Positions 52,388 through 64,000 of a DNA stretch of 64,000 nt are shown here, one piece after another. Origin of the DNA: Octopus sinensis. Taxonomy: Eukaryota. The notes beneath the pieces are model-generated. The model saw nothing but the letters and a program-made list of their open reading frames with translations, searched no databases and was not told where the DNA came from. Both the position numbers and the translations under genes were made by a program. The DNA lies in NCBI RefSeq assembly GCF_006345805.1, contig NC_043013.1, positions 49,538,001-49,602,000 of the forward strand, in the 5' to 3' direction. Position 1 is the stretch's first letter, and each line of letters starts with the position of its first letter.

Positions 52388-52822
52388 TAATAATAATAAA
52401 ATATTAACTCTATACCTACTCTATTACCTAATATATGAGTGCCTCCTTTATTTCTGACTCATGAAATATTAGGCATCAATATACACATACATGTACATAT
52501 GTAATACCCTTCCATATACATACATAAATATATATGGTGGTTGTCTACTCCTCATGCAGAGTTTGAGCACCTCCTGTACTTATACCTTAGAACCAATGTT
52601 TTGAAAAGACACCCCACATAAATTGCATATATATACACATACATAAATGTGTAATGGTGTTCCCTGCCATATTGGCTAACGTTAATGAGTGTACGGTTAT
52701 ATAATTGGATTGTTACCTAACACTCCATTGTATTCCTTGCATGAAACCAGTTGGTAAGATCAGCCATGATGGGCATATAATACTGTACACTTCACATAAT
52801 ATATATAAATATATATATATAT

Positions 52823-53098
52823 ATCATCATCATCGTTTAACGTCCGTTTTCCATGCTAGCATGGGTTGGACGGTTCAACCGGAATCTGGGAAGCCAGGAG
52901 GCTGCACCAGGTTCCAGTCTGATCTGGCAGAGTTTCTACAGCTGGATGCCCTTCCTAATGCCAACCACTCCATGAGTGTAGTGGGTGCTTTTTACGTTCC
53001 ACTGGCACAGAAGCCAGTCAAGGCGGCGCTGGCATTGTCCATGTTGAAATGGTGCTTTTTACGTGCCACCGGCACAGGTGCCACAACTACAATTTCTA
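52823..53098 (-). mobile_element. Family B (RTE 3' end)
   Basis: Match to other family B copies. Confidence 0.85.
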
Positions 53099-53102
53099 TT
53101 TG

Positions 53103-53161
<59 letters not shown>

Positions 53162-53163
<2 letters not shown>

Positions 53164-53547
53164 ACTTGTTTCAGTCATTTGACTGCGGCCATGCTGGAGC
53201 ACCGCCTTTAGTCGAGCAAATTGACCCCGGGACTTATTCTTTGTAAGCCCAGTACTTATTCTATCGGTCTCTTTTGCCGAACCGCTAAGTAATGGGGATG
53301 TAAACACACCAGCATCGGTTGTCAAGCAATGCTAGGGGGACAAACACAGACACACAAACACAAACATAATTATATATACATATATGCGACAGGCTTCTTT
53401 CAGTTTCCGTCTACCAAATCCACTCACAAGGCATTGGTCGGCCCGGAGCTATAGCAGAAGACACTTGCCCAAGGTGCCACGCAGTGGGACTGAACCCGGA
53501 ACCATGTGGTTGGTTAGCAAGCTACTTACCACACAGCCACTCCTGCG

Positions 53548-53549
<2 letters not shown>
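53162..53549 (-). mobile_element. SINE family A
   Basis: Full-length copy. Confidence 0.9.
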
Positions 53550-53587
<38 letters not shown>

Positions 53588-53589
53588 TA

Positions 53590-53790
53590 TACAGGGAGAA
53601 TTCACAAAAAAAAAGCAAAAGACGAAGACAGGTGGTGTAGAAAACAAACAGATGTATTAGTATAATGCTTGGGAATTGAAAAAGTCTTTAACGTTTTGAG
53701 CCTACGCTCTTCCACAGAAAGGAACACAGAATGAAACAAGGAGAGAAACAAGGAGAGAAAAATTGTGTGTAGTGACTACTGATCTATCAT
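53590..53790 (-). mobile_element. Hammerhead-like-motif repeat (probable Penelope terminal repeat)
   Basis: Homologous to 11150-11700 and 58255-58460. Confidence 0.65.
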
Positions 53791-53840
53791 ATTCTTATGC
53801 CACCATAAATTTTATAAACCTTTCCTTTTTTTATCACAGA

Positions 53841-54239
53841 GTAGCAGTATCGCCCGGCGTTGCTCAGGTTTGTAAGGGAAATAACTATATAAGCATTTTT
53901 AGAGAGTTATAGCCAAAAAATAACAAAAAGATGCATTAAAAATGGAAAAAAAATGATGGTAAATTTTTTTTTAAATCGTTGACTCATCGTAGACATTTTT
54001 AGAGAGTTACTTCCCTTATATAATAGCGAAAAAAATGCATTAAAATGGAAAAAAATGATGGTAAATTCTTTTTAAAATCGTAGACTCATCGTAGATGCGC
54101 GCTAATACCCAGAAGAGCTCGATATGAATCACGACTATAAGATACCCGGTTTTGGTTAAACTGCACCGCAAAATGTGGGAGTAGTTAGGAATCTAAATCG
54201 TAGGAGACAGACACACAACTTGACTTTTATATATAAAGA
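53841..54239 (-). mobile_element. Non-autonomous Helitron, copy 2 (3' CTAG mutated to CTAC)
   Basis: Nearly identical to 35833-36333. Confidence 0.85.
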
Positions 54240-54422
54240 TTAATCTGCTCAAATTGAGTCAGATTAATCTAAGTTTCAGTTCACTCCCAAACTCATTCTT
54301 TGTACCACTTTTTCAGATTTTACTACACAAATTGGTAGGAATTATATATTTTCCATAATTGAGTGGAATTTGAACTTAATGACAACTCACACAATATTTA
54401 CTCCCCCCACTCCAAAAAAAAA

Positions 54423-54830
54423 GTGGTGAGCTGGCAGAAACATTAGCACTCTGGCCAAAATGCTCAATGACATTTCATCAATCTTCACGTTCTGAGTTCA
54501 AATTCCATCGAGGTTGACTTTGCCTTTCATCCTTTCAGAGTCGATAAAATAAGTACCAGTTACACACTGGGGTCGATGTAATCGACTCAATCCGTTTGTC
54601 TGTCCTTCTTTGTCCCCTCTGTGTTTAGCCCCTTGTGGGTAGTAAAGAAATAGGTATTTCGTCTGCTGCTACGTTCTGAGTTCAAATTCCACCGAGGTCG
54701 ACTTTGTCTATCATCCTTTCAAGGTGAATAAAATAAGTACCAGTTGAGCACTGGGGTCAATGTAATCAACTTACCCCCACCCCCACCCCCATCCCCCAAA
54801 TTGCTGGCACTGTGCCAAAATTTGAAACCA
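54423..54830 (+). mobile_element. SINE family C with a partial tandem re-copy
   Basis: After aaagaaataggtat the sequence resumes at the internal ttcgtctgctgctacgttctgag. Confidence 0.75.
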
Positions 54831-55627
54831 ATAAATATTGGTTCCATCCCACCATTTTCACTCTTGAAAGTGCCAGTTGATGTATGCTTTTTAGCTCAGC
54901 ATTTTCACTTGTATTTCATATGCCTTACATTGATAAATTCTATTGTTTTTGTTTGCTTTGTCATTGTATATAATAATGTTTTCTTCCACACTCCACTTAC
55001 TGTTAGCTGTGCTCCCTCATATATGCTACCCCTATCAGTGAGTTCCTTAATTAAAACCAGACACTAATGTCAGATGAGGTCCTTAACAAGTGATAGTGGT
55101 ATCTTTAAACAGAGTAAGGAGTCTCCCCTAGTCTACATCTCTCATTACTTGGTTTTATAACCTTTTCTCGCAGTAGGGTAGGCATCTTAGACTGACTGGC
55201 CCTTTAAGCTTTCCTTCTTTTTCTTCTTTTTCTTTTCCTTCCTCTAGCTTGCTTTCTTTAATATCCCATTATATACTATCATTATCTTCCCTTTCCCTGT
55301 GTCTTCATTCCTTATCTACTCTCCTTTTAACTCAGTATCTACTTCTCCTTCACGACCCTTTACATATTTCCTACAAGCTGATATACTAATTTCTCATTAT
55401 AAGATGTTCTCTCTTTTTCTTTCTCCTACATCTGCAATAATGTATACTTTCTTCTTTCTATCACTGACATCTCTATCTAATACCCTGACATCTCTATTTT
55501 GTCTTGGGAATTTTTCCTACCTTTGCATTTGCCACCTGAAGATGATGTATTACTTATAGATGCACAAAGGTACTTTGTAGCATGGTTTGTGTGCAGTGAC
55601 ATTAGTTTCCCTATATGCTTTTGTTGA

Positions 55628-56048
55628 CCCTTTTGTTACTAACCCGGCCAAAACTGGCTCTAGCTCTGTAGTACAAATGTCTTGTTTTCATAAGTTTTGA
55701 AGTAAAATATTCCACCAAGCCTTAGTCACAATTTACTTTCCTAACACTAGCTGAATGATAACCAAGTTATTTTACTAAATTCTTTGTTATATTTAAAATT
55801 AATTGAAAGAAACACAGAGCATCTCAACAGAAATATACTCTTCTACTTGTTTCAGTCATTTGACTGCAGCCATGCTGGAGCACCCCCTTTAATCGAGCAA
55901 CTCGACCCCGGGACTTATTCTTTTGTAAGCCCAGTACTTATTCTATCGGTCTCTTTTGCCAAACCGCTAAGTAACGGGGACATAAACACACCAGCATCGG
56001 TTGTCAAGCAATGCTAGGGGGACAAACACAGACACACAAACACACACA

Positions 56049-56080
<32 letters not shown>

Positions 56081-56264
56081 CGACGGGCTTCTTTCAGTTT
56101 CTGTCTACAAAATTCACTCACAAGGCTTTGGTCGGCCCGAGGCTATAGTAGAAGACACTTGCCCAAGGTGCCACGCAGTGGGGCTGAACCCGGAACCATG
56201 TGGTTGGTAAACAAGCTACTTACCACACAGCCACTCCTGCGCCTATATATGGTAACAAAAAGGG
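55628..56264. mobile_element. piggyBac-like MITE with nested SINE A (about 55836-56243, minus strand)
   Basis: ttga|CCCTTTTGTTAC...GTAACAAAAAGGG|ttaa. Confidence 0.75.
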
Positions 56265-56295
56265 TTAAAATATATAATAAAGAAACAATCCTTAA

Positions 56296-56516
56296 CCCTT
56301 TCCATACCGACCTGACTGAACCTGCCCCTGGCTCTGTAGTTCAAATGTCTTGTTTTCATAAGTTCTGAAGTAAAATATTCCACCAAGCCTTAGTCACAAT
56401 TTACTTTCCTAACACTAGCTTAATGATAACCAAGTTATTTTACTAAATTCTTTTTCATATTTAAAATTAATTGAAAGAAACACAGAGCATCTCAAAATAG
56501 ATACAGTAACGAAAGG
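56296..56516. mobile_element. Second adjacent copy of the same MITE
   Basis: About 200 bp directly repeats 55628-55830; starts ttaa|ccc. Confidence 0.7.
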
Positions 56517-57284
56517 ACCTAGTTGGATAACATGCATCAGAATATCTACTCTTTACAGGAAGAGTCAGAAATAGCTGTAGAGTTTCACTATAGCTTGTAA
56601 TAATAGTTGCAGCTTACATAAATATATTTGTACCCTTATGACAGTTTATTCTTTTATTCTTTTATTTGTTTCACTCATTTGACTGTGGCCATGCTGGAAC
56701 ACTGCCTTTAGTTGAGCAAATCGACCCCAGGACTTACTCTTTGTAAACCTAGTACTTATTCTATCGGTCTCTTTTGCCAAACTGCTAAGTTACAGGGACG
56801 TAAACACACCAGCATTGGTTGTCAAGTGATGTTGGGGGGGATTTTGAGATTGGATTTTAAGAATTAGAACAGCCCAAGCACTAACATGGTGTATATCTAT
56901 TTTTGTATAAGTATACTCAACATACTATGTGTGTGTGTGTATTGCTCAGGCATGGCAATACTAATACTCTGTTGTTAGAACTCAACATATATGTGCTTCA
57001 GAACAAAGTGTCAGTCAAGTACAGAGCAGTAATAAGAAATTGAATAAATGACAAAGAAATCATGTCATTACCTGCATTGGCTTACTGCAGTTTCTGCTAT
57101 AAGGGGCAATGCACTCATAGCTAGGTGCTTGTGTATCATCCTATAGCTTCATTGGAGCAGTGAGAGCATTGCATCTTACAGCAGTGGCAGTGGTAAGTTA
57201 ATGAAGTTCTTGACATAATTTCTTATTCCCTTGTCATTTATTTAATTTACATAATCATATTTATACATATTATCACCATTATTA

Positions 57285-58230
57285 TCATCATCATCATCAT
57301 CATTGTCATCATTTAATGTCCATGCTGGCATTGATAGGATGGTTTGACCAGAACTGGCAAGCTGGGGAGCTGCACCAGACCCCAGTCTGATTTGGCATGG
57401 TTTCTATGGCTGGATGCACTCCCTAACACTAACCACTTTACAGAATGTGCTGGGTGCTTTTATGTGGTGCTGCACATGGCACATTTATGTGACGCCACAC
57501 AGGTGCTTTTACATATCACTACACATGGCACCACACAAGTGTTTTTATATGGCATCACCACAAAATTTTTACACCAGAAGGATCGACCTTAACACTCCTG
57601 TTGCTGAGTACAGGTCTTCATGAGTATGGCAAGGCACCAGGCATCTTGGTCCTCTATCATTTCACCTGAAAGGCTCAGCATCTAGACATCATTCTTCAGT
57701 ATTTCATCCCATGTCCTTCCACTTTCACGTGTTCTATCCACTTTGACAGATCGGCACTTTGTTATGGAGCTGTTGTCATCCATCTACATCACATGACCAA
57801 AACCAGCACAGTTTTCTCTCCTGTACACAGCAACCAATTTCTCTTATGCCTAACTTCTATCTCAGAATACCAGCACTCTGTCAAACATGTACACTTACAT
57901 TACATATCCAGCTGAGCATACTAACCTCATTCCTTTCTAACCTTCGCATATCCTCTGCATTCAAGTCTCACATCTCACTACCATGTAGAATTGCTGTCTG
58001 TATACATGCATCATGCAATCTTCCTTTCACACGGAGAGAGAAATCTTTCATGACCAACAGAAGTAATAACTCTCTGAATTTCTTCCATCCTATCCTTATT
58101 CCAGCTATCACACTCTATGTGCATCCTTCCCCCACTTCTAATTTGGTCCCCTAAGTAACAGAAATTATCTACTACCTCTAATGAGCCACTAGGGCATTTG
58201 AGAGAATCAATTTCCAGAGTTTTTAAAGTT
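57285..58230 (-). mobile_element. RTE LINE 3' fragment with family B-type UTR
   Basis: SLEVVDNFCYLGDQI on the minus strand; catcat tail at the left end. Confidence 0.75.
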
Positions 58231-58351
58231 TTTAAGGATCCTATGCATCTTCCACACAGGAAGGGAAAGTTTACGAAAATAAACAAAAGATGAAGGCAGG
58301 TGGAGTACAAACAAACAAATGTATTAGTATAGCGCTCAGGAATAGAAAAAG

Positions 58352-58389
58352 TCTTTTACGTTTCGAGCCTACGCTCTTCGACAGAAAGA
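58352..58389 (-). ncRNA. Minimal hammerhead-ribozyme-like motif (non-canonical U at core position 6)
   Basis: TCTTT-CTGTCGA-A-GAGC(GTAG)GCTC-GAA-ACGT-A-AAAGA: stems I and II pair, stem III is palindromic. Confidence 0.55.
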
Positions 58390-58928
58390 TACACAGAAAA
58401 AAACAAGGAGAGAAACAAGGAGAGAAAAAAATGCGTGTAGGAGCTAACGATCTATCATGGCGACCTGACTTCGGACAATGGTCAGATGCGAGAGGACAGT
58501 AGGGGAGATAACAGGGTCAAGTGACTTCCAATACGATGGTGCCCCCAAAGGAACTAGCCTAAGGGCAGAGATATCGTATTTGTCAATTAAAACCATAAAA
58601 ACTTGCTCACTGGACAAATCTAAGGACAATGACACACCCCGTTTAAGGCTCAGACAATATATAATACTCTTAGTTTACAAATTAACTGGCTATAACGGTT
58701 TACTCCCTCCAATTTGAAGAGAGGTTATATGCCTGTGGCCAGTGGAGTCTAATGAGTTGTCTACAAAACTAAGCGCTTTATGGGTTTGAAACCATTGGTC
58801 ACTCTGTGGCCAGCCATATAATCAACCTCCTGTAAATATATATGTATATATATATAAACACACAAATAGATACATAGATACATGCATACATACATACATA
58901 TATGTGTGTGTGTATATATGTATGTATA

Positions 58929-59016
<88 letters not shown>

Positions 59017-59236
59017 CATATATATATGTATGTGTGTGTGTGTGTAATATAATATATATGCACACATACATACACATACACATATATATGCAATATAATA
59101 TAGAGGGTGGCCCAAAAGTAGGTTTACAGTTATCCCATAGGTACTTTAAATTTCTTTTAAAACATTTTATTACATTTAAATTTCTATCTTACAAACTGAA
59201 AAGGGAGCTTGACAAAATTAGCTAAATTAGCCACCT

Positions 59237-59530
59237 TTGGACCATGCCTTTCTTTTGCTAGGTTCAAATCTCATTTGCGAACCCATGGAAAATGAACCTC
59301 CACCAACTATTCTGCCTATATGTCTGTGCACACCTTTGACTGCAGTGTATGCCAGAAGATTTTGCAAATCTAACGGAGGCCTCAAAAGATATTTTAAGAT
59401 CCGCAAAGAGCAGAACTTATCTGCCGCTCTTGGTGGTCCAAAGCAGATATGCAATCTATGTGGGTGTCTTTTCAGAACATTGTCTGATTTAAAAAGCCAC
59501 ATCAGATGCCATGATGGTGCTAAGGTGTAG
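59237..59530 (+). mobile_element. Tandem C2H2 zinc-finger remnant, probably an RTE ORF2 C-terminus
   Basis: CNLCGCLFRTLSDLKSHIRCH plus a degenerate upstream finger. Confidence 0.5.
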
Positions 59531-59599
59531 GTAGAGAAGGTGGTCAATCTGCATAAGGAGTAGACAACCACCATATATATATACATATATACATACACA

Positions 59600-60468
59600 C
59601 ACACAAGGTGCAGTGAACAACCTGTCGTCTGAATTACTCAAAAATGAAAATAACACTGACATCTCATTTTAACAGATATATTTGCCAAAATTACATAAAA
59701 ATATCTTGAAATACTAAAGAGTAAATTTATTCAATAAAAGCGCCATTGGCTTCAACCACAGCCTCCAGACGACTTCAGAATCTTCTGCAACTCTTCTGGA
59801 CGGTCTCCTTGTTTAAGTTAGTGAAAGCTGCCACAACCCTTACCTTCAGTTCATCTTTGGTGTTACAAGGAGTTTTGTTGGTCTCTCACACAACTGTGCA
59901 CTCCACACATAATAATCAAGGGGCTTGCAATCTGGGGAGTTAAGTTGCCGGATGTTAGGGGTGCTGTGGTCGCAGAAATTGTCTGACAGCCATGACTGAG
60001 TTCCCCTGCTTGTGTGACATGGTGCAGGTCCTGTTGCCAGACATGGGGTGTTCCAGCAACCATCCTTTTGACCCAGGGCAGCACTACCTCCTCCAGGCAC
60101 TTGATGTAGGCCTCCGTGTCGAGTTTGAGGCTGTGTTAGAAGTTGAATGAAGGCATAACATCACCATCACTAGTGATCACTCCAAACACCATGATGTTGA
60201 CTGGATGTTTGATTTTTATCACTTTCTGTACATGTCCTCAGATTGACACCCAAACACTCTGAAATGTTCGTATTGGAGCTTCCAGTGTGAAAGCCAAGCA
60301 GAACAGCATGTCATTTCCAAATTTTTGGCGGGGTGAAATGCGTCATGGTGCTCTTTTTCCCACAGACAGTGCCCAACTGACCCTACCATACTGTGTAGTT
60401 GACAAAATCAAGAACAAACAATGCGCATGTGCAAGATTAAAAATATAAAATGGCAATATGATACCTTG
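59600..60468 (-). mobile_element. Decayed Tc1/mariner (maT/DD37D-like) element
   Basis: IMVFGVITSDG, WQQD, NSPDCKPLDYYVW, EAVVEANG; both ends begin acaaggt. Confidence 0.8.
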
Positions 60469-60540
60469 TATATATAAAATATGATAAAAATTAATGTAAT
60501 ATATATAAATATATATATATAATATAATATATACATATAA

Positions 60541-60937
60541 TCTTTATATATAAAAGTGAAGTTGTGTGTCTGTCTCCTACGATTTAGATTCCTAACTACT
60601 CCCACATTTTGTGGTGCAGTTTAACCAAAACCGGGTATCTTATAGTTGTGATTCATATCGAGCCCTTCTGGGTATTAGTGTGCGTCTACAATGAGTCTAT
60701 GATTTTAAAAATAATTTACCATCGTTTTTTCCATTTTAATGCATTTTTCGCTATTATATAAGGGAAGTAACTCTCTAAAAATGTCTACGATGAGTCAACG
60801 ATTTTAAAAAAAATTTACCATCATTTTTTTTCCATTTTTAATGCATTTTTTTTGCTATTTTTTGGCTATAACTCTCTAAAAATGCTTATATAGTTATTTC
60901 CCTTACAAACCCGAGCAACGCTGGGCGATACTGCTAG
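60541..60937 (+). mobile_element. Non-autonomous Helitron, copy 3, canonical ends
   Basis: a|TC at 60541; hairpin cccgagcaacgctggg; CTAG 60934-60937 followed by t. Confidence 0.9.
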
Positions 60938-61705
60938 TATATGATATAATATAAAATAATACAATATGTGTGTGTGTGTGTGTGTATGTGTGTGTACAAA
61001 ATACATATAAATAGATATTTAAATAATTTTACACATATGGATGCAAGCTGGAGATATATGAAAGAAAATGGAAATTTAAACATGTTTATTCATATATTCT
61101 TCTTTCATGCTGTTATACTTCATATTCATACATTGTTTTTTTCGAAGTATGATATGAATTTACTGTTTGATCCTATGTTCGCTAGTAATAAAATAAAACG
61201 GAACTTGTACACATATAATGAGTATAGTTACACTAGTTACGATGCATAATGTGATGCGTAGATTATAATATTGTCTTTGTACTATATGTAACTTCCAAAC
61301 TATTTTTGTCTATACCAGGAGAAGGAAAGAGAATTTGTATATTGTTATTAATCCAACTAAGTAACATTTTCTTTCTCTGTTCTCTTTTAATTGTCGAAAT
61401 TTAAAACACGCAAATACTACATCAAGATCACAGCATTTTTTGTTTCAAATTCTAGCTGTGTGTTTCAAAACAGCTGAAGGAAGATGGAGGTTATGTGTCT
61501 ATGTGGCCAACTAATATAGAATTAAACAAAATCAAACCAACAGGCATGTCTTTAAAGCCATTTATTAAAACTATCTCCAGAGAAAATAACAAAATAACTA
61601 GCACTACATCAGTTACAAGGATGAGGGTTCCAGTTGATCTAACTACAGAACAATCTGCTAGTGAAATTAACATACAAGTGGCTGAGCACTCCACAGACAT
61701 GCATA

Positions 61706-61935
61706 CCTATTTCTTTATTACCCACAAGGGGCTAAACATAGAAGGGACAAACAAGGACAGACATAGGTATTAAGTCGATTACATCGACCCCAGTGCATAA
61801 CTGGTACTTAATTTATCGACCCCGAAAGGATGACAGGCAAAGTCGACCTCGGCGGAATTTGAACTCACAACGTAATGACAGACGAAATACTGCTAAGTAT
61901 TTCGCCCAGCTTGCTAACGATTCTGTCAGCTCGCC
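61706..61935 (-). mobile_element. SINE family C
   Basis: Reverse-complement match. Confidence 0.85.
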
Positions 61936-62155
61936 ACATACATGCGTACCCTTAACATAGTTCTCAGAGAGATTCACCATGACATTGAGTGTGACAAGGC
62001 TGGCCCTTTGAAATACAGGTGCTACTCATTTTTGCCAGGTGAGTGGACTGGAGCCATGTGAAATAAAGTGTTTTGCACAAGGATACAACACACCATCGGG
62101 AATTGAACTCACAACCTTGCAATCGTGAGCCAAATGCCCTTACCACCAAGCCATA
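61935..62155 (-). mobile_element. tRNA-derived SINE (another family; related diverged copy near 11740-11990)
   Basis: Minus strand has a tRNA-like head (tggtggtaagggcatttggctcac...gagttcaattccc). Confidence 0.65.
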
Positions 62156-64000
62156 ATAAATAGAAAATTGGAATTCTGTGAAATATGGATGTTGCTTTTA
62201 TTTAGCAATTAACTGTCACCATGATTTCAGTATTATGCATAACATAATTTTTTTAAAAATATATGACATTATTTTGAGATTGAAATAATATTGGCACATT
62301 CATATTGAATATATTTACAGGTTTCTTTTAATAATAGATTGGTTAACATTCTTTTCACCTTTCAGTTAGGTAAACTCAACTGCAAACAATAGAAGCATCC
62401 ATCGAATCAAGTGACCCTATACAGCTTCGAGTTAATTAAATCAAATTATATTGTTTCCAATATTTTACACTAAAAGAAAGTTTACTTACCAAAATTATCC
62501 TTCAATGCAGTAAATATTCCCTCACTAAATGAAATATTGAATTAAGAGCAGTTAACTATATCAGGTTACCTATGTGAATTACTGAAGGAGTAATGGTATC
62601 TAAAATTAAAGAAACTATACAGATAAGACAAATAGTACAGAGTTCAAAATTCATAACAATGCATGATAAATTAAGATGATACATATCTAATTTTTTATCA
62701 GATACAGGTTTCCTTCCCCCCTTGTACCCTTCCCCCTACACACCCAATTACACACATAAATTTCTCATTATAGATAATATCAGTTAACATTTACTAAACA
62801 AAACTGAAAATCAAGGTCAACCTTTATAAAAAAAAATGTTCCTATTACATCAATGGTTTCAGTTATTAACTTACATTAAAACAAAAACCCCCAATTTTGT
62901 ATTTTATGATATATCAAAGAAAAAAGAATAAAATATCATTATTTTTTTGGCCTGTTTCAGTTATTCAAGTACAGCCATTCTGGGGCATGCCTTGAAGGGT
63001 TTAATCAGACAAATCAAACCCTGCACTTATTTTTCACATCTTGTCCTTATTCTATTAACTGTTATTGCTGAACTGCTACATTATAGGGACGTAAATAAAC
63101 CAACACTGGGTGGTAAGTGGAGGGGTGGGCAAAAACACAGGCACACACACACCTGTAAATATATATACATTAGCAATCTGACTGTCTTTTGTACTCTGGA
63201 CAAGAGATGCCAGTTAGTCTTTTACACCTACCAGGCTTGTTCATAATTAGCCTGATTTGGTGGATAATTTTTCTTCCCTTTAAGAATATTGTAGAATAGA
63301 AACTTTCCATAGACTGGAATTTAAATCCTAACTGCTACAGAAATTTATTGCTTCAAGAAAACATTGAATTTGAATTACTTTTAATTTTTACAATTATAGA
63401 TAACAGTTCAGGCTGTAACTTCTGAACCCAAGTCAGACGTGTGTGAACAATGTCAAGAGAAAATCTGCTGTGAATGATATTTTTTGACACAGGACACCTA
63501 TGGGACGACTGCCAGATGCTAAACAAAAATAAATGAACTGTGACCAGACTCAATAGAAGGAGCTCGAGTTATTGGCTGCAATTACATACTTGAAGTCAGT
63601 GTTGGCAGATATTAGATCAGCTGGCAAATACTCGTTCACTTTACTAAATTTGCTCCAACCCATGCTAGCATGGAAAGCGGACGTTAAACGACACATGGGG
63701 GCTAAGCCTGAACAGCCTGAGTGCCGGAGTCACCACAATGCCCAGTCTGGGAATCGAAACCGCGATCCTATGACCGCGAGTCCGCTGCCCTAACCACTGG
63801 GCCATTGCGCCTCCACACTGATATGAATATATATTATATATGAATATATATATATATCGTGAAGTATATTCATGCTCAGAGATTTATTATCATCATCATC
63901 ATCGTTTAACGTCTGCTTTCCATGCTACCATGGGTACTGGTAGTTCTAATCAATTTCATTTTTTAATAATATAATTTTACAGTTTGGTTTGTAGATCTTC

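Noticed and set aside
61495-61773. 92-aa ORF as a host exon
   Set aside because: No recognisable domain, and the frame runs on into a family C SINE.

Overview
AT-rich, repeat-saturated eukaryotic (animal) non-coding DNA. It is most likely an intronic or intergenic stretch of an octopus genome: the SINE families look like octopod repeats to me (recognition from memory, not a database search), and an embedded ND4 fragment reads only in the invertebrate mitochondrial code. I found no intact host gene. Almost all listed ORFs come from microsatellites or decayed transposons. The window holds many tRNA-derived SINEs, non-LTR fragments (RTE, CR1, R4/Dong-like, Penelope-like), DNA transposon remnants (Tc1, mariner, Tigger/pogo), piggyBac-like MITEs, Helitrons and simple repeats. 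Main observations: (1) a 486-bp ND4L/ND4 NUMT inserted cleanly into a LINE reverse-transcriptase frame; (2) a repeated minimal hammerhead-ribozyme-like motif with a conserved non-canonical CUGUNGA core and a palindromic stem III; (3) two Helitron 3' ends lying tail-to-tail; (4) a rearranged duplication about 39 kb apart; (5) several long hairpins; (6) a PHD-type C4HC3 finger inside an RTE ORF2. Boundaries of decayed elements were read by eye and are approximate.
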